Positions 13,357 through 26,229 of a stretch of DNA of 64,000 bases are shown here, piece by piece. The position numbers were made by a program, and so were the translations under genes. Under the pieces are notes generated by a model. That model saw nothing but the letters and a program-made list of their open reading frames with translations, was not told the origin of the DNA and did no database searches. The stretch's first letter is position 1. The number at the start of each line of letters is the position of its first letter. This stretch comes from Eledone cirrhosa (Eukaryota): positions 236,964,001 through 237,028,000 of the forward strand of contig OZ024741.1 of assembly GCA_964016885.1 (NCBI GenBank), read 5' to 3'.

Positions 13357-13944
13357 TTATTTATTTTCAGAATCATTGATTATGAATAATTTTGAACCTC
13401 CAAATTTGTGGAAGAGACACGGAGTTCTTCTTGGAATCCGCGCCGGGAGGACAAATAAGGAAATTTCAGACTTTCTCAGCGTCAGCGGGAGAATGGTGGA
13501 AAAGGTCAGAAAGGAATTGGAAGATTCAGGATTCGACTACGAAGCAACATCAGAGAGGAAAACACATGATCGACGATCTGACGCCTTCAGAATGCCCGAG
13601 TTCGTCGCTGAAGTTCAGGATATCATCAACAATGAACCTAGCAAGTTGATGCATGCCATTGTAAGGGAGAAAGGCGTGGATGAAAAGCTCATTAAGTTGG
13701 TGGTACATGAAGACATTCGCTACGTTTCATACAAGATGAGGAAAGGACAATTTCTGTCAAAGGCAATGCAAGAAAAGCGACTGAAGCACATAAAAGAAGC
13801 TGATCAAGAAGTTGAAACACCCACTGGAGCCAGACATGCTGTGGTTTTTCTCCGACAAGAAAAACTTCTGCCAAGACCAGAAGATCAACTCCCAGAACAA
13901 CAGGTGGCTCGCTTTCTCATCCAAAGACGTGCCCAGAGTCATGC
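13357..13944 (+). mobile_element. Tc1/mariner (maT, DD37D) transposase N-terminal fragment
   Basis: HTH-like region (EISDFLSVSGRMVEKVRKEL...SKLMHAIVREKGVDEKLIKLVVHEDI); a frameshift leads to WFFSDKKNF (first catalytic D); overlaps sequence of 22815-22985. Confidence 0.85.
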
Positions 13945-14310
13945 TCTGTTAGATGTGTAATGTCAATGTATGTGAACAACCCAGCATGAATGTGTTGAGA
14001 GAGAAACTGTGTTTCAGAGAGATAGAATGTAGTGTGTGAGAGAAGAGACTGAGGTGATATGGACCTGTGATGCGCATGGAAGATGACCGATGGGTGAAGA
14101 AGTGCTAGGAAATGCCAGTTGAAGGAAGACGTGGTAGAGACAGACCACGAAAAACATGGGCGGAGGGAGTGAGAACAGACTTCGGATCGCTGAAGCTCAC
14201 GGTGAAGAAGACAAACGACCGTGACAAGTGGAGAGATGCTGTGCTGAATAAGACCCGTCCCACCCTTGCAAGCAGGGAAAAGCAGACGTAAAATGATGAT
14301 GATGATGATA
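13940..14310 (+). mobile_element. RTE LINE (subfamily B) 3' end
   Basis: MRMEDDRWVKKC..MPVEGRRGR.RPRKTW and tail ccacccttgcaagcagggaaaagcagacgtaaaatgatgatg. Confidence 0.88.
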
Positions 14311-14323
14311 TGTATATATATAC

Positions 14324-14734
14324 ATGGTGGCTGCCAACTCGTTTTCGAGTACGGCCACTACTTTATATCCATGTAGGAGAACCCCTACCGATGCGCTGAA
14401 CGAGTGTGACTTTTTAGTCCAGCCAGCGACTTGAAAACTCTGGTACAAACACTACACTTGTGACAATTACTGACACATAGTGCTGGGCCCATGGTACCAT
14501 GTGACGACAAGTGCAGAGAGATCTCCAGATATAAAGCAATGCCTGTGCCGTGAAGCTTTTATAGTGAGCAAAGGCACTGCACAAAGCCAGTCCCACTCTC
14601 TTAACCAAGATGATATTTACCAAAAAGAAGAACAAGTCAACATCATTGGATACCATCAGGGTTGCAGGTGTTATATCAGAGTTTTCCTTCTCCTAGAATT
14701 CTGCCTTGACAAAGGCTAAGGGGTCATCTCTCCC
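14324..14734 (-). mobile_element. Non-autonomous RTE/BovB-like element: 5' UTR fused to a 3' end encoding a C2H2 finger
   Basis: 5' part ctaggagaaggaaaactctgata resembles the BovB/RTE 5' UTR; 3' part encodes [22 protein letters not shown] and ends gccgtactcgaaaacgagttggcagccaccat. Confidence 0.7.
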
Positions 14735-14850
14735 ATATATATACATACATATATACATACATATATACATATATATACATATATATATATATCTATACAT
14801 ATATATATATATACATATATATATATCTATACATATATATATATCTATAC

Positions 14851-14917
<67 letters not shown>

Positions 14918-14936
14918 CATATATATATATCTATAC

Positions 14937-15001
<65 letters not shown>

Positions 15002-15020
15002 CATATATATATATCTATAC

Positions 15021-15053
<33 letters not shown>

Positions 15054-15146
15054 CATATATATATATACATATATATATATCTATACAAATATATATATAT
15101 ACATATATATATATATACATATATACATATATATATATATACATAC

Positions 15147-15233
<87 letters not shown>

Positions 15234-15506
15234 CACATATATATATACATATATATATATACACATATATATATATACACATATATATATACATATATAT
15301 ATATATATATTCGTTTCTGAATTTGTTTAGCAAGATTCTTTATCTGAAATCGTGTGTTGAAACCGATATTGTTATACTTTGGGAGGGACATGTTGCCAAT
15401 AAGAAACACACGCACCAGTTGCTTTCACTTCAATTTATTATAATAAATTTATAAATTTCTGGTTGGTTGGTTGGTCGGTTCCACAACCAGATCGTTGTTT
15501 ATACAT

Positions 15507-15551
15507 AGTCATAGTTCTTTCGTCACACACTCTGTGACCTCTTCAGTGACT
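15507..15551 (-). ncRNA. Minimal type I hammerhead ribozyme (left arm)
   Basis: Exact reverse complement of 15660-15704. Confidence 0.8.
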
Positions 15552-15659
15552 GGGGATTCCTTTCTTTGTTTCTGTGCCTCTCCTTTGTTCTGTCCTACGC
15601 CAACAAAATGGGGTAGGACAGAAAAAAGGAGGGGCACAGAAACAAAGAAAGGAATCCCC

Positions 15660-15704
15660 AGTCACTGAAGAGGTCACAGAGTGTGTGACGAAAGAACTAT
15701 GACT
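15660..15704 (+). ncRNA. Minimal type I hammerhead ribozyme (right arm)
   Basis: AGTCA-CTGAAGA-G-GTCACA(gagtg)TGTGAC-GAAA-GAAC-TA-TGACT: 5-bp stem I, 6-bp stem II, tiny stem III, CUA cleavage triplet. Confidence 0.8.
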
Positions 15705-15837
15705 ATGTATAAACAACGATCTGGTTGTGGAACCGACCAACCAACCCGAAATTTATAAATTTATTATAATAAATTGAAGTTAAAGCAACTGGTGCGTGTG
15801 TTTCTTATTGGCAACATGACCCTCCCAAAGTATAACA

Positions 15838-15906
<69 letters not shown>

Positions 15907-16409
15907 CACATATATATATATACATATATATATATATACACATATATATATATACATATATATATATATACACATATATATACACATATATATATATATA
16001 TACATATATATACACATATATATATATATATATACATATACACATATACATACATACATATATATATATGTATGTATATGTATATATATATATATGTATA
16101 TATATATGTACATATATATATACATATATATATATATACATATACACATATATATACATACATATATATATATACATATATATATATACATATATATACA
16201 TACATACATATATATATATATATACATACATATACATACATACATATATACATATATATATATACATATATATACATACATATATATATATACATACATA
16301 CATATACATATATATACATACATACATATATATACATACATACATATATATACATATATATACATACATACATATATATATACATATATATACATATATA
16401 TATATATAC

Positions 16410-16443
<34 letters not shown>

Positions 16444-16566
16444 ACATATAAAAACATATATATATATATATACATATATATACATATATACATACATATA
16501 CATATATATACATATATATACATAAATATATACACATATACATACATACATATATATACATATACC

Positions 16567-16598
<32 letters not shown>

Positions 16599-16647
16599 CA
16601 TACATACATATATATATACATACATACATATGCATATATATATATAC

Positions 16648-16682
<35 letters not shown>

Positions 16683-16825
16683 CATATATATACATACATA
16701 CATATATATACATATATATACATACATACATATATATACATATATATATACATACATACATATATATACATATATATATACATACAAACATATATATACA
16801 TATATATATACATACATACATATAT

Positions 16826-16860
<35 letters not shown>

Positions 16861-16885
16861 CATACATACATATATATACATATAT

Positions 16886-16920
<35 letters not shown>

Positions 16921-17031
16921 CATACATACATATATATATATATATACATATATATACATATATACATATATATACATATATATACATATATACATATATA
17001 TACATATATATACATACATATATATATATAT

Positions 17032-17270
17032 ATGGTGGCTGCCAACTCGTTTTCGAGTACGGCCACTACTTTATATCCATGTAGGAGAACCCCTACTGAT
17101 GCGCTGAACGAGTGTGACTTTTTAGTCCAGCCAGCGACTTGAAAGCTCTGGTACAAACACTACACTTGTGACAATTATTGACACATAGTGCTGGGCCCAT
17201 GGTACCATGTGACGACAAATGCAGAGAGATCTCCAGATATAAAGCAATGCCTGTGCCGTGAAGTTTTATA
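17032..17270 (-). mobile_element. Second copy of the RTE/BovB-like C2H2 3' end
   Basis: Near-identical to 14324-14562; encodes [23 protein letters not shown]. Confidence 0.8.
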
Positions 17271-17297
17271 GTGATATATATATATATACATACATAC

Positions 17298-17328
<31 letters not shown>

Positions 17329-17343
17329 CATATATATACATAC

Positions 17344-17374
<31 letters not shown>

Positions 17375-17454
17375 CATATATATACATATATACATATATA
17401 TACATACATATATATATATATACATATATATACATACATACATATATATATACA

Positions 17455-17530
<76 letters not shown>

Positions 17531-17821
17531 CATATATATATATAAGGGAGAGATTTGGGAGTGTGTAACACTCCACTTATCAAATAGGCAGTATATGGTT
17601 AGCTCATATACATATATATATATATATACATATATATACATATATATATATACATATATATACATATATATACATACATATATATATATATATACATATA
17701 TATACATATATATATATACATATATATACATATATATATACATATATATACATAAATATATATATACACATATATATATATATATATATACATATACATA
17801 AATATATATATATATACATAA

Positions 17822-17878
<57 letters not shown>

Positions 17879-17879
17879 A

Positions 17880-17936
<57 letters not shown>

Positions 17937-17937
17937 A

Positions 17938-17968
<31 letters not shown>

Positions 17969-18143
17969 CATATACATACATATATATATACATACATATA
18001 TATATATATATACATATACATACATATATATATATATATATATACATACATATATACATACATATATATATATATATATACATACATACATATATACATA
18101 CATATATATATATATATATATACATACATACATACATATATAT

Positions 18144-18208
<65 letters not shown>

Positions 18209-18265
18209 TATATATACATACATACATACATACATATATATATATATACATATATATATACACAC

Positions 18266-18296
<31 letters not shown>

Positions 18297-18373
18297 CATA
18301 CATATATATATATATACATACATACATACATACATATATATATATATACATATATACATACATATATATACAC

Positions 18374-18420
<47 letters not shown>

Positions 18421-18493
18421 CATATATATACACATATATATATATACATATATATATATATACACATATATATACACATATATATATATACAC

Positions 18494-18524
<31 letters not shown>

Positions 18525-18622
18525 CACATATATATATATACATATATATATACATATATGTATATACATATATATATACATACATATATATACATATATA
18601 TATATATACATATATATATACA

Positions 18623-18663
<41 letters not shown>

Positions 18664-18665
18664 AC

Positions 18666-18698
<33 letters not shown>

Positions 18699-18912
18699 CA
18701 TACATATATATAAATATATACATACATATATATATACATATATATATACATATACATATATATATATATATACACATATATATATACATATATATATACA
18801 TATACATATATATATATATATACACATATATATATACATATATATATACATATACATATATATATATATATACACATATATATATACATATATAGATATA
18901 ATATATATATAC

Positions 18913-18943
<31 letters not shown>

Positions 18944-18966
18944 ATATATATATATATACATATATA

Positions 18967-19137
18967 CACTGTAAATGTGGTTGGTGTTAGGAAGGGCATC
19001 CAGCCATAGAAAACCCGCCATAGAAAGTCCTATACGAGCAAGACAGCCACTCTTGCCTCAACTGGGAAAACTCCCGTCCAAACCCATGCAAACGTGGAAT
19101 ATGGACGTTAAACGATGATGATGATGGTGATGATGAT
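18967..19137 (+). mobile_element. RTE subfamily A 3' UTR fragment
   Basis: Same 3' UTR plus (GAT)n as 1-223 and 57150-57318. Confidence 0.85.
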
Positions 19138-19344
19138 ATATACATATATATATATAGATATATATATATATAGATAAATATATATATATATATAGATATA
19201 TATATATACATATATATATATACATATACATATATATATATATATGTATATATATATACATATACATATATATATGTGATGATGATGATGATATATATAT
19301 ATACAATTACATATATATATATATATACATATATATATGTGTAT

Positions 19345-19502
19345 ATAGGAAAAGATATAGCCCCGACGGCAGAGCTCAGCCGTTGGAACGGCTTGCGTTC
19401 TGCCGTCGGGGTCATATCTATTCCTATTACCCACTCTACTACCCTAAGTATTGAGTACTCTGGTGCGTTATTGTCTATCTAGTTCCTTACCACAATTCGT
19501 TC
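19345..19502 (+). repeat. Short repeat (family H3) with a fold-back 5' end and a hammerhead 3' half
   Basis: Inverted repeat 19345-19427; body tattacccac.ctactaccctaagtattgagtactctggtgcgtta is shared with 53691-53770 (minus). Confidence 0.65.
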
Positions 19503-19569
19503 ATGATATCTATGTATATCTATATGTATATATACATACATATATATACACATATATATACATATGTAC

Positions 19570-19603
<34 letters not shown>

Positions 19604-19680
19604 GCATATAAATATATACACATATATATATATACACATATATATACATATGTATATATATATACACATATATATACATA

Positions 19681-19714
<34 letters not shown>

Positions 19715-20257
19715 CACATATATATATATACACATATATATACACACATATATATATACACACATATATATATATACACATATATATATATACACATATA
19801 TATATATACACATATATATACACACATATATATATACACACATATATATATATATATACACATATATATATATACACATACATATATATATACACATACA
19901 TATATATACACACATATATATACACATACATATATATATACACATACATATATATATATACACATACTTATATATATATACACATATATATACACATACA
20001 TATATATATACACACATATATATATACATACATATATATATACACACATATATATATACACACATACATATATATATATACACATACATATATATATATA
20101 CACATACATATATATATATACACATACATATATATATATACACATACATCTATACATATGTATATATACACACATACATATATACATATACACACATACA
20201 TATATTCATATACACACATACATATATATTTATATATATACACATAAATATATACAC

Positions 20258-20294
<37 letters not shown>

Positions 20295-20347
20295 CATATA
20301 TACATATATATACACACATATATACATATATATACACACATATATAC

Positions 20348-20394
<47 letters not shown>

Positions 20395-20395
<1 letters not shown>

Positions 20396-21488
20396 CATCA
20401 TCATCAACGTTTAACGTCCGTGTTCCACGCTTGCATGGGTTTGGACGGGGGTATTTCCACTTGAGGCAAGAGTGATTGTCTTGCTCGCATAGGACTGTCT
20501 GGCGGGTTTTCTACAGTTGGATGCCCTTCCTAACACCAACCACATTTACAGTGTGGGACTGGGAGGTTTTTACCGTGTTGCCTACACGGCCACATTACAG
20601 CGTGGACTGTGTGTTTTTTGTCGTGACACCTACACGATCTCATTTGTTTCGGCCTGGATGTTGTGGCACCAACATAACTTTACATAGGAGGGGGTGGTGT
20701 GGATGGGGGTGTGGGTGGTGGGACGGGGGTGTATTTTGTTAGAGATGCCTACTGGCTGTAGTAGGTTTTACTATGTATTTAGGTAAGGCGGGTCTTCTCT
20801 ATTACTGAGTACCGCCAAAGGTCTCGGTCCAGTGACATTGTCTTGGAGAGGTGTAATTGTGTGAGGTCGGAGTTTATCAGCTCGTCCCAGGATTTTCTAG
20901 GTCTGCCTATTCCGTGGCTACCGTCTATCTTTATTGCCCTGCACTTTGTTATACAGCTATCGACTTTCATGCGCATCACGTGTCCGTATCAACGTAGCCT
21001 TCTCTCGAGTAAACAACATCTGATCCCTCTTATTTCTAATTTTTTTCCTTAGTTCGTTTATGCTTTGCCGTTCACGTATATTACTATTACACATCCAGCG
21101 GAGCATGCAAGCTTCGTTCCTCTCTAGTCTGCGTATATCCTCTGCGCACAATGCCCAGGTCTCACTGCCATGCAACATTTCTGTTCGTGTGCAGGCATCA
21201 TACAACCTGCCTTTCATTTTTAGGGAGAACCCTTTAGCGGCTAATAGTGGTATAAGCTCTCTGAACTTTTTCCATCCAGTTCTGACTCTAGCTACTGTAC
21301 TTTCAGAGCACCCTCCCCCACTGCTTATTTTGTCACCCAGGTAACGGAAGCTGTCCACTATTTCTATAGAGCCCTCTGCGCAGTTGTAAGAGCTAGTATT
21401 TTGTGGGCACTCGCTGCTACTTATTGCACCAGAGCACCGCCCACATGTAAAATCTAAGTTCTTAGTTAGCTTACCTGTGATCCCACTA
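20395..21488 (-). mobile_element. RTE LINE (subfamily A), 5'-truncated
   Basis: SGITGKL..FTCGRC...[11 protein letters not shown]...[13 protein letters not shown]...KGRLYDAC...LHGSETW..., then 3' UTR and tail. Confidence 0.92.
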
Positions 21489-22047
21489 ATATACATATAT
21501 ATACATATATATACACACATATATATATATACACATATATATATATACATATATATATATATACAAATATATATATACATATATGCACATATATGTATAT
21601 ATACATATACGCACATATATATATATATATATACACACATATATATATACATATACATATATATATACACATATATATATATACATATACATATATATAT
21701 ACACATATACACATATATATATACATATACACACATATATATATACACATATATATATATATACACACATATATATATATATACACACATATATATATAT
21801 ATACACACATATATATATATACACACACATATATACACACATATATATATACATATACACACATATATATACACATATATACGTATATATATATATAAAT
21901 ATATATATACATACATATATATATACATACATATATATATATATACATATATATATATACATACATATATATATATACATACATATATATATATACATAC
22001 ATATATATATATACATATATATACATACATACATATATATATATACA

Positions 22048-22107
<60 letters not shown>

Positions 22108-22705
22108 CACATATATATATATATATACACATATATATATATATATACACATATATATATATACACATATATATATACATATATATATATACACATATAT
22201 ATATACACATATATATATATACATATATATACATATATATATACACATATATATACATATATATATATACATATATATATACACATATATACATATATAT
22301 ATACATATATATATACACATATATATACATATATATACACATATATACATATATATATACATATATATATACATATACATACACATATATATACACATAT
22401 ACATACACATATATAAACATACACATATATATATATACATATATATATATATACATATACCTATATATATATAAATATATATCTATATACACACATATAT
22501 ATATATATACATATTTATTTATACATATATCTATATACACACATATATATATATATACCTATATATATATACATATATATATATATACATATTTCTATAC
22601 ACACATATATATATATATACATATATATACATGTACATATATATATATACATATATACAAACATATATATATATACATATATACAAACATATATATATAC
22701 ATATA

Positions 22706-23587
22706 CAGGATGCGGACGATATTTGTTCACAATTTTCAACTGCTAATTTTATGCAAATTTTTTTTACTTCCGTTGTCACTCTTGTCTTCATAAAAACAGT
22801 GACTATATTTCCATTATTTATTTTCAGAATAATTGATTATAAATAATTTTGAACCTCCAAATTTGTGGGAGAGACACGGTGTTCTTCCTGGAATCCGCGC
22901 CGGGAGGACAAATCAGACCAGAAGATCAACTCCCAGAACAACAGGTTGCTCGCTGTCTCATCCAAAGACGTGCCCAGAGTCATGCAGACAAAGTTTCCAG
23001 CGAAAACATTGGTCTTAGGTGTCGTCAGCAGTCAAGGTCACGTCATGCCACCTCACTTCTTCCCTGAGGGCCTCAAGCTGAACACCGATGGCTACATCCG
23101 CGTTCTGAGCGAGGTAATAAAGCCCTGGATCGACAAGGTAGGCCGTACGTGTGGCAGCAAGACTCAGCACCCTGCCATACCAGCGGAAAAACCCAAGCCT
23201 GGCTGTCAGAGAACTTCGGCGACCACACTTCACATGACATCTGGCCTCCCAGCTCGCCTGATTGCAACCCTCTCGACTTCTTTGTATGGGGCGCAGTGGA
23301 ACGAGACACCAACAGATCTAGCTGCAATATGAAAAACAATCTGAAGGTCAGGATCACAAATGCCTTTAGGGGCCTAAGTCGGGGGACAGTAACGAAGGCC
23401 TGTAGCCAGTTCCCAGGCCACCTTAAAGCCGTCATCAAAGCTAATGGCGGGTTTATCGAGTGAGATCGAAAGAACAAGTCATGAAGACAAACTGACCCAA
23501 GTTTGATAAATATATCTTAAAAAATAAAACTACTGTGTTAATTTTTCCTAGACAGTAATCTTGCGAACAAATATCGTCCGCACCCTG
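22706..23587 (+). mobile_element. Internally deleted maT (DD37D) transposon with both TIRs and TA TSD
   Basis: TIRs CAGGATGCGGACGATATTTGTTCACAA / TTGCGAACAAATATCGTCCGCACCCTG flanked by TA; WQQDSAPCH...WPPSSPDCNPLD has 37 residues between the 2nd and 3rd D. Confidence 0.92.
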
Positions 23588-23696
23588 TATATATACATAT
23601 ACACACATAAATATATTACGTATATATATACATATATACATACATATATATAAATATACATATACATATATACATACATGTATGTATGTATGTTAT

Positions 23697-24316
23697 GTCG
23701 GGTCACTCGAGTGCTACTGGTAACATGTAACCCAGTACAACCTGTCGCATGGTCGGATCGTTGGCGACTAAACTGGCAACCCCACTGAGTTTACTTGGTG
23801 AGGAGGGTGATTTTGGATACCCTGCAGGACAAAAAACAAAACCTGACAAAGGGCGGAAGAACTCATAAGAGTCAACGGCCATCGTAAAGTGTGTAAATAT
23901 GTATATGCACATGTACACATGTATGTATATGTGTATATGTATGGGTGCATGTGTATGTATATGTATGTGGACATAGAAATAGTCGGGCTGGACACCCGAT
24001 CGGGGGGTTAAACCACTGGGAGTGAAGGACCCTTGCCTTTGTCAAGGCATTCTTCTAGGAGAAAGTAACTCAGGAAACTGGGATAACTCCGATATAAAAC
24101 CTGCGGCTCAGTAGTTACCGATGATGTTGATCTTTTCTTCTTTTCGGTTATAGCTACTGTCGCTCAGAGAGTGGCATTGGCTCAGTGCACAGTCTTTCCT
24201 CACTTTAAAAAATATCTTCATGCACACGCATTGCACGATAGAATTAATTAATAATTATTAATAATGGTATATCGTGCAATGGCCATACTCGATAACGAGG
24301 GGCAGCCATCATCATT
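23697..24316 (+). mobile_element. Non-autonomous RTE-type short element (5' UTR + 3' tail), copy 1
   Basis: Shares gccttt gtcaaggc..ctaggagaa.g.aactc and tail gccatactcgataacgaggggcagccatcat with 14324-14734; homologous to 25422-25947. Confidence 0.75.
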
Positions 24317-24317
24317 A

Positions 24318-24613
24318 TCTATAAAAGGCAGATTGTTGTTGTGTGTGTGTGCATGTTCCATGTTTATACATTTGCACAATTTCAAACCGATTCGACTCAA
24401 CGTCTGTAAGAATGTTGTAAATGGTCTAACATAGGTCAACGACTATTTATTTCATTCAAACTCACCAACAATTACATAAATAATCAATAAAACTAAATAC
24501 ATGACACTTTAACCCTCTAATACAATCTGATTTACTCTCTCTACTCCTCTTAAAATTCGATAAAACTACATACATGCTGCAACTTTCTCTTATATACGAT
24601 TAAACTTACAAAC

Positions 24614-24648
<35 letters not shown>

Positions 24649-25221
24649 GAGGGAGAGAGAGGGAACGTTTGTTTTTGAGTGTGGAACGGTCAAACATTTA
24701 TTTACTTCAATGACAAAGAGAACTTATTACATTTCAAATGAAACAACAATTATTCAAAAGCAACAGATAAATTTATTCAACAACAAAAAAAATAGCGATA
24801 AATCTTTTTTAAAACATCTATCAACGAACGTGGAAGAAAGAAGTATCAGTTCATTTACTATACACAATAATATCCTCTATGAGGTCACTAAACCTGCTAG
24901 AAACTGCAGCTAACTCTCCCCCATGTCACACCCCTCCCTACTGTCTTAAATTTAGAAAACATATCCTCTATGAGGTCACTAAACTTGCTAGAAATAGCAG
25001 CTAACTCTCTCCCATATCACACCACTCCCTACTGTCTTAAATTTAGAAAACATATCCTCTATGAGGTTACTAAACCTGCTAGAAACAGCAGCTAACTCTC
25101 CCCATATCACACCCCTCCCTATTGTCTTAAATTTAGAAAACACACATTAGACAACCATGCAGAACAACTCCATCACAGCTCTGTTGTTCGGCTGGCATCG
25201 TCTACGCGCGTTTTGTGCAAG
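24318..25221 (+). mobile_element. Non-autonomous Helitron-like element with a 3 x 91-bp tandem repeat
   Basis: A|TCTATAAAAGGCAG..(TG)n start; ends gcatcgtctacgcgcg..tgCAAG|T; tandem units start at 24870, 24961 and 25052. Confidence 0.55.
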
Positions 25222-25251
25222 TACTGTGAAACAATAAATTTCAACACTTCT

Positions 25252-25947
25252 TCGCTCAGAGAGTGGGATTGGTTCAGTGCATAGTCTTTCCTCACTTTAA
25301 AAAAATCTTCACGCACAGGCATTGCACAATAGAATTCATTAATAATTATTAAAAATGGTATACTCGATAACGAGGGGGCAGCCATCATGTATGCATGAAT
25401 GCATGCATGCATGTATGTATGTTGGGTCACTCTTGAGAGCTACTGGTAACATGTAACCCAGTACAACCTGTCGGTTGGGTCGTCAAAGACTAAACCGGCA
25501 ACCCCAAGTTTACTTGGTGAGGAGGGTGATTTTGGATACCCTGCAGGACAAAAAACAAAACCTGACAAAGGGCGGATGAACTCATAATAGTCAACAACCA
25601 TCCAAAAGTGTGTAAATATGTATATACACATGTACCACGCGGTTAAACCACTGGGAGTGAAGGACCCCTAGCCTTTGTCAGAGCATTCTTGAAGGAGAAG
25701 GCAACTCAGTAAACTGGGATAACTCTGATATAAAACCTGCGGCTCAGTAGTTACTGATGATGTTGATCTTTTCTTTTTGGGTCATAGCTACTGTCGCTCA
25801 GAGAGTGGGATTGGCTAAGTGCACAGTCTTTCCTCACTTTAAAAAATATCTTCACGCACAGGCATTGCACAATAGAATTAATTAATAATTATTAATAATG
25901 GTATATTGTGCAATGGCCATACTCGATAATGAGGGGGCAGCCTTCAT
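25252..25947 (+). mobile_element. Non-autonomous RTE-type short element: partial copy (25252-25389) plus copy 2 (25422-25947)
   Basis: Direct similarity to 23697-24316. Confidence 0.75.
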
Positions 25948-25983
25948 GTATGTATGTGTGTTTGTTTGTTTGTTTGTTTGTTT

Positions 25984-26205
25984 TCTCTAAAAAATGGCTG
26001 ACTGAACACACGTGTTTTTTCAAAACATCTTTTTCCATCCCCTCCTTTTCTCACTCTCTAACTTTCTATTTCATCTTTTATTTCTCATAGTATCTTCTGA
26101 TGAAGGACTAGTGTTCGGTAATGATAAGACTCTTTTTCAACTATATCAAGCATTAAACTAATATATTTCTTCATGGAACTGTGTTATTTGCTGTTATTAG
26201 TTATA
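25984..26205 (+). mobile_element. ~210-bp hammerhead-bearing element (family H1), copy 1
   Basis: aaaatggctgactga, pyrimidine tract, tcttCTGATGAaggactagtgttc.., cattaaactaatatatttcttc; copies at 46215, 59394 and 63525. Confidence 0.7.
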
Positions 26206-26229
26206 CTTATATAAGTGTCTGTGTATGGA

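Larger units (their letters stand above)
15366..15841. repeat. Near-perfect ~235-bp-arm inverted repeat (fold-back PLE-pLTR-like element)
   Basis: atattgttatactttgggagg... at 15366 is the reverse complement of ...cctcccaaagtataacaatat at 15841; ~6-nt loop at 15603-15608. Confidence 0.95.
14735..22705. repeat. Giant compound (TA)n/(TACA)n/(TATACA)n microsatellite arrays interleaved with element fragments
   Basis: Arrays at about 14735-15310, 15841-17032, 17273-18967, 19505-20394 and 21489-22705. Confidence 0.97.

Noticed and set aside
23697-23790. HDV-like or twister ribozyme assignment
   Set aside because: Could not place the P3/L3 (UCC) and P1.1 elements or the twister L4/pseudoknot consensus; kept only as an unknown structured motif.
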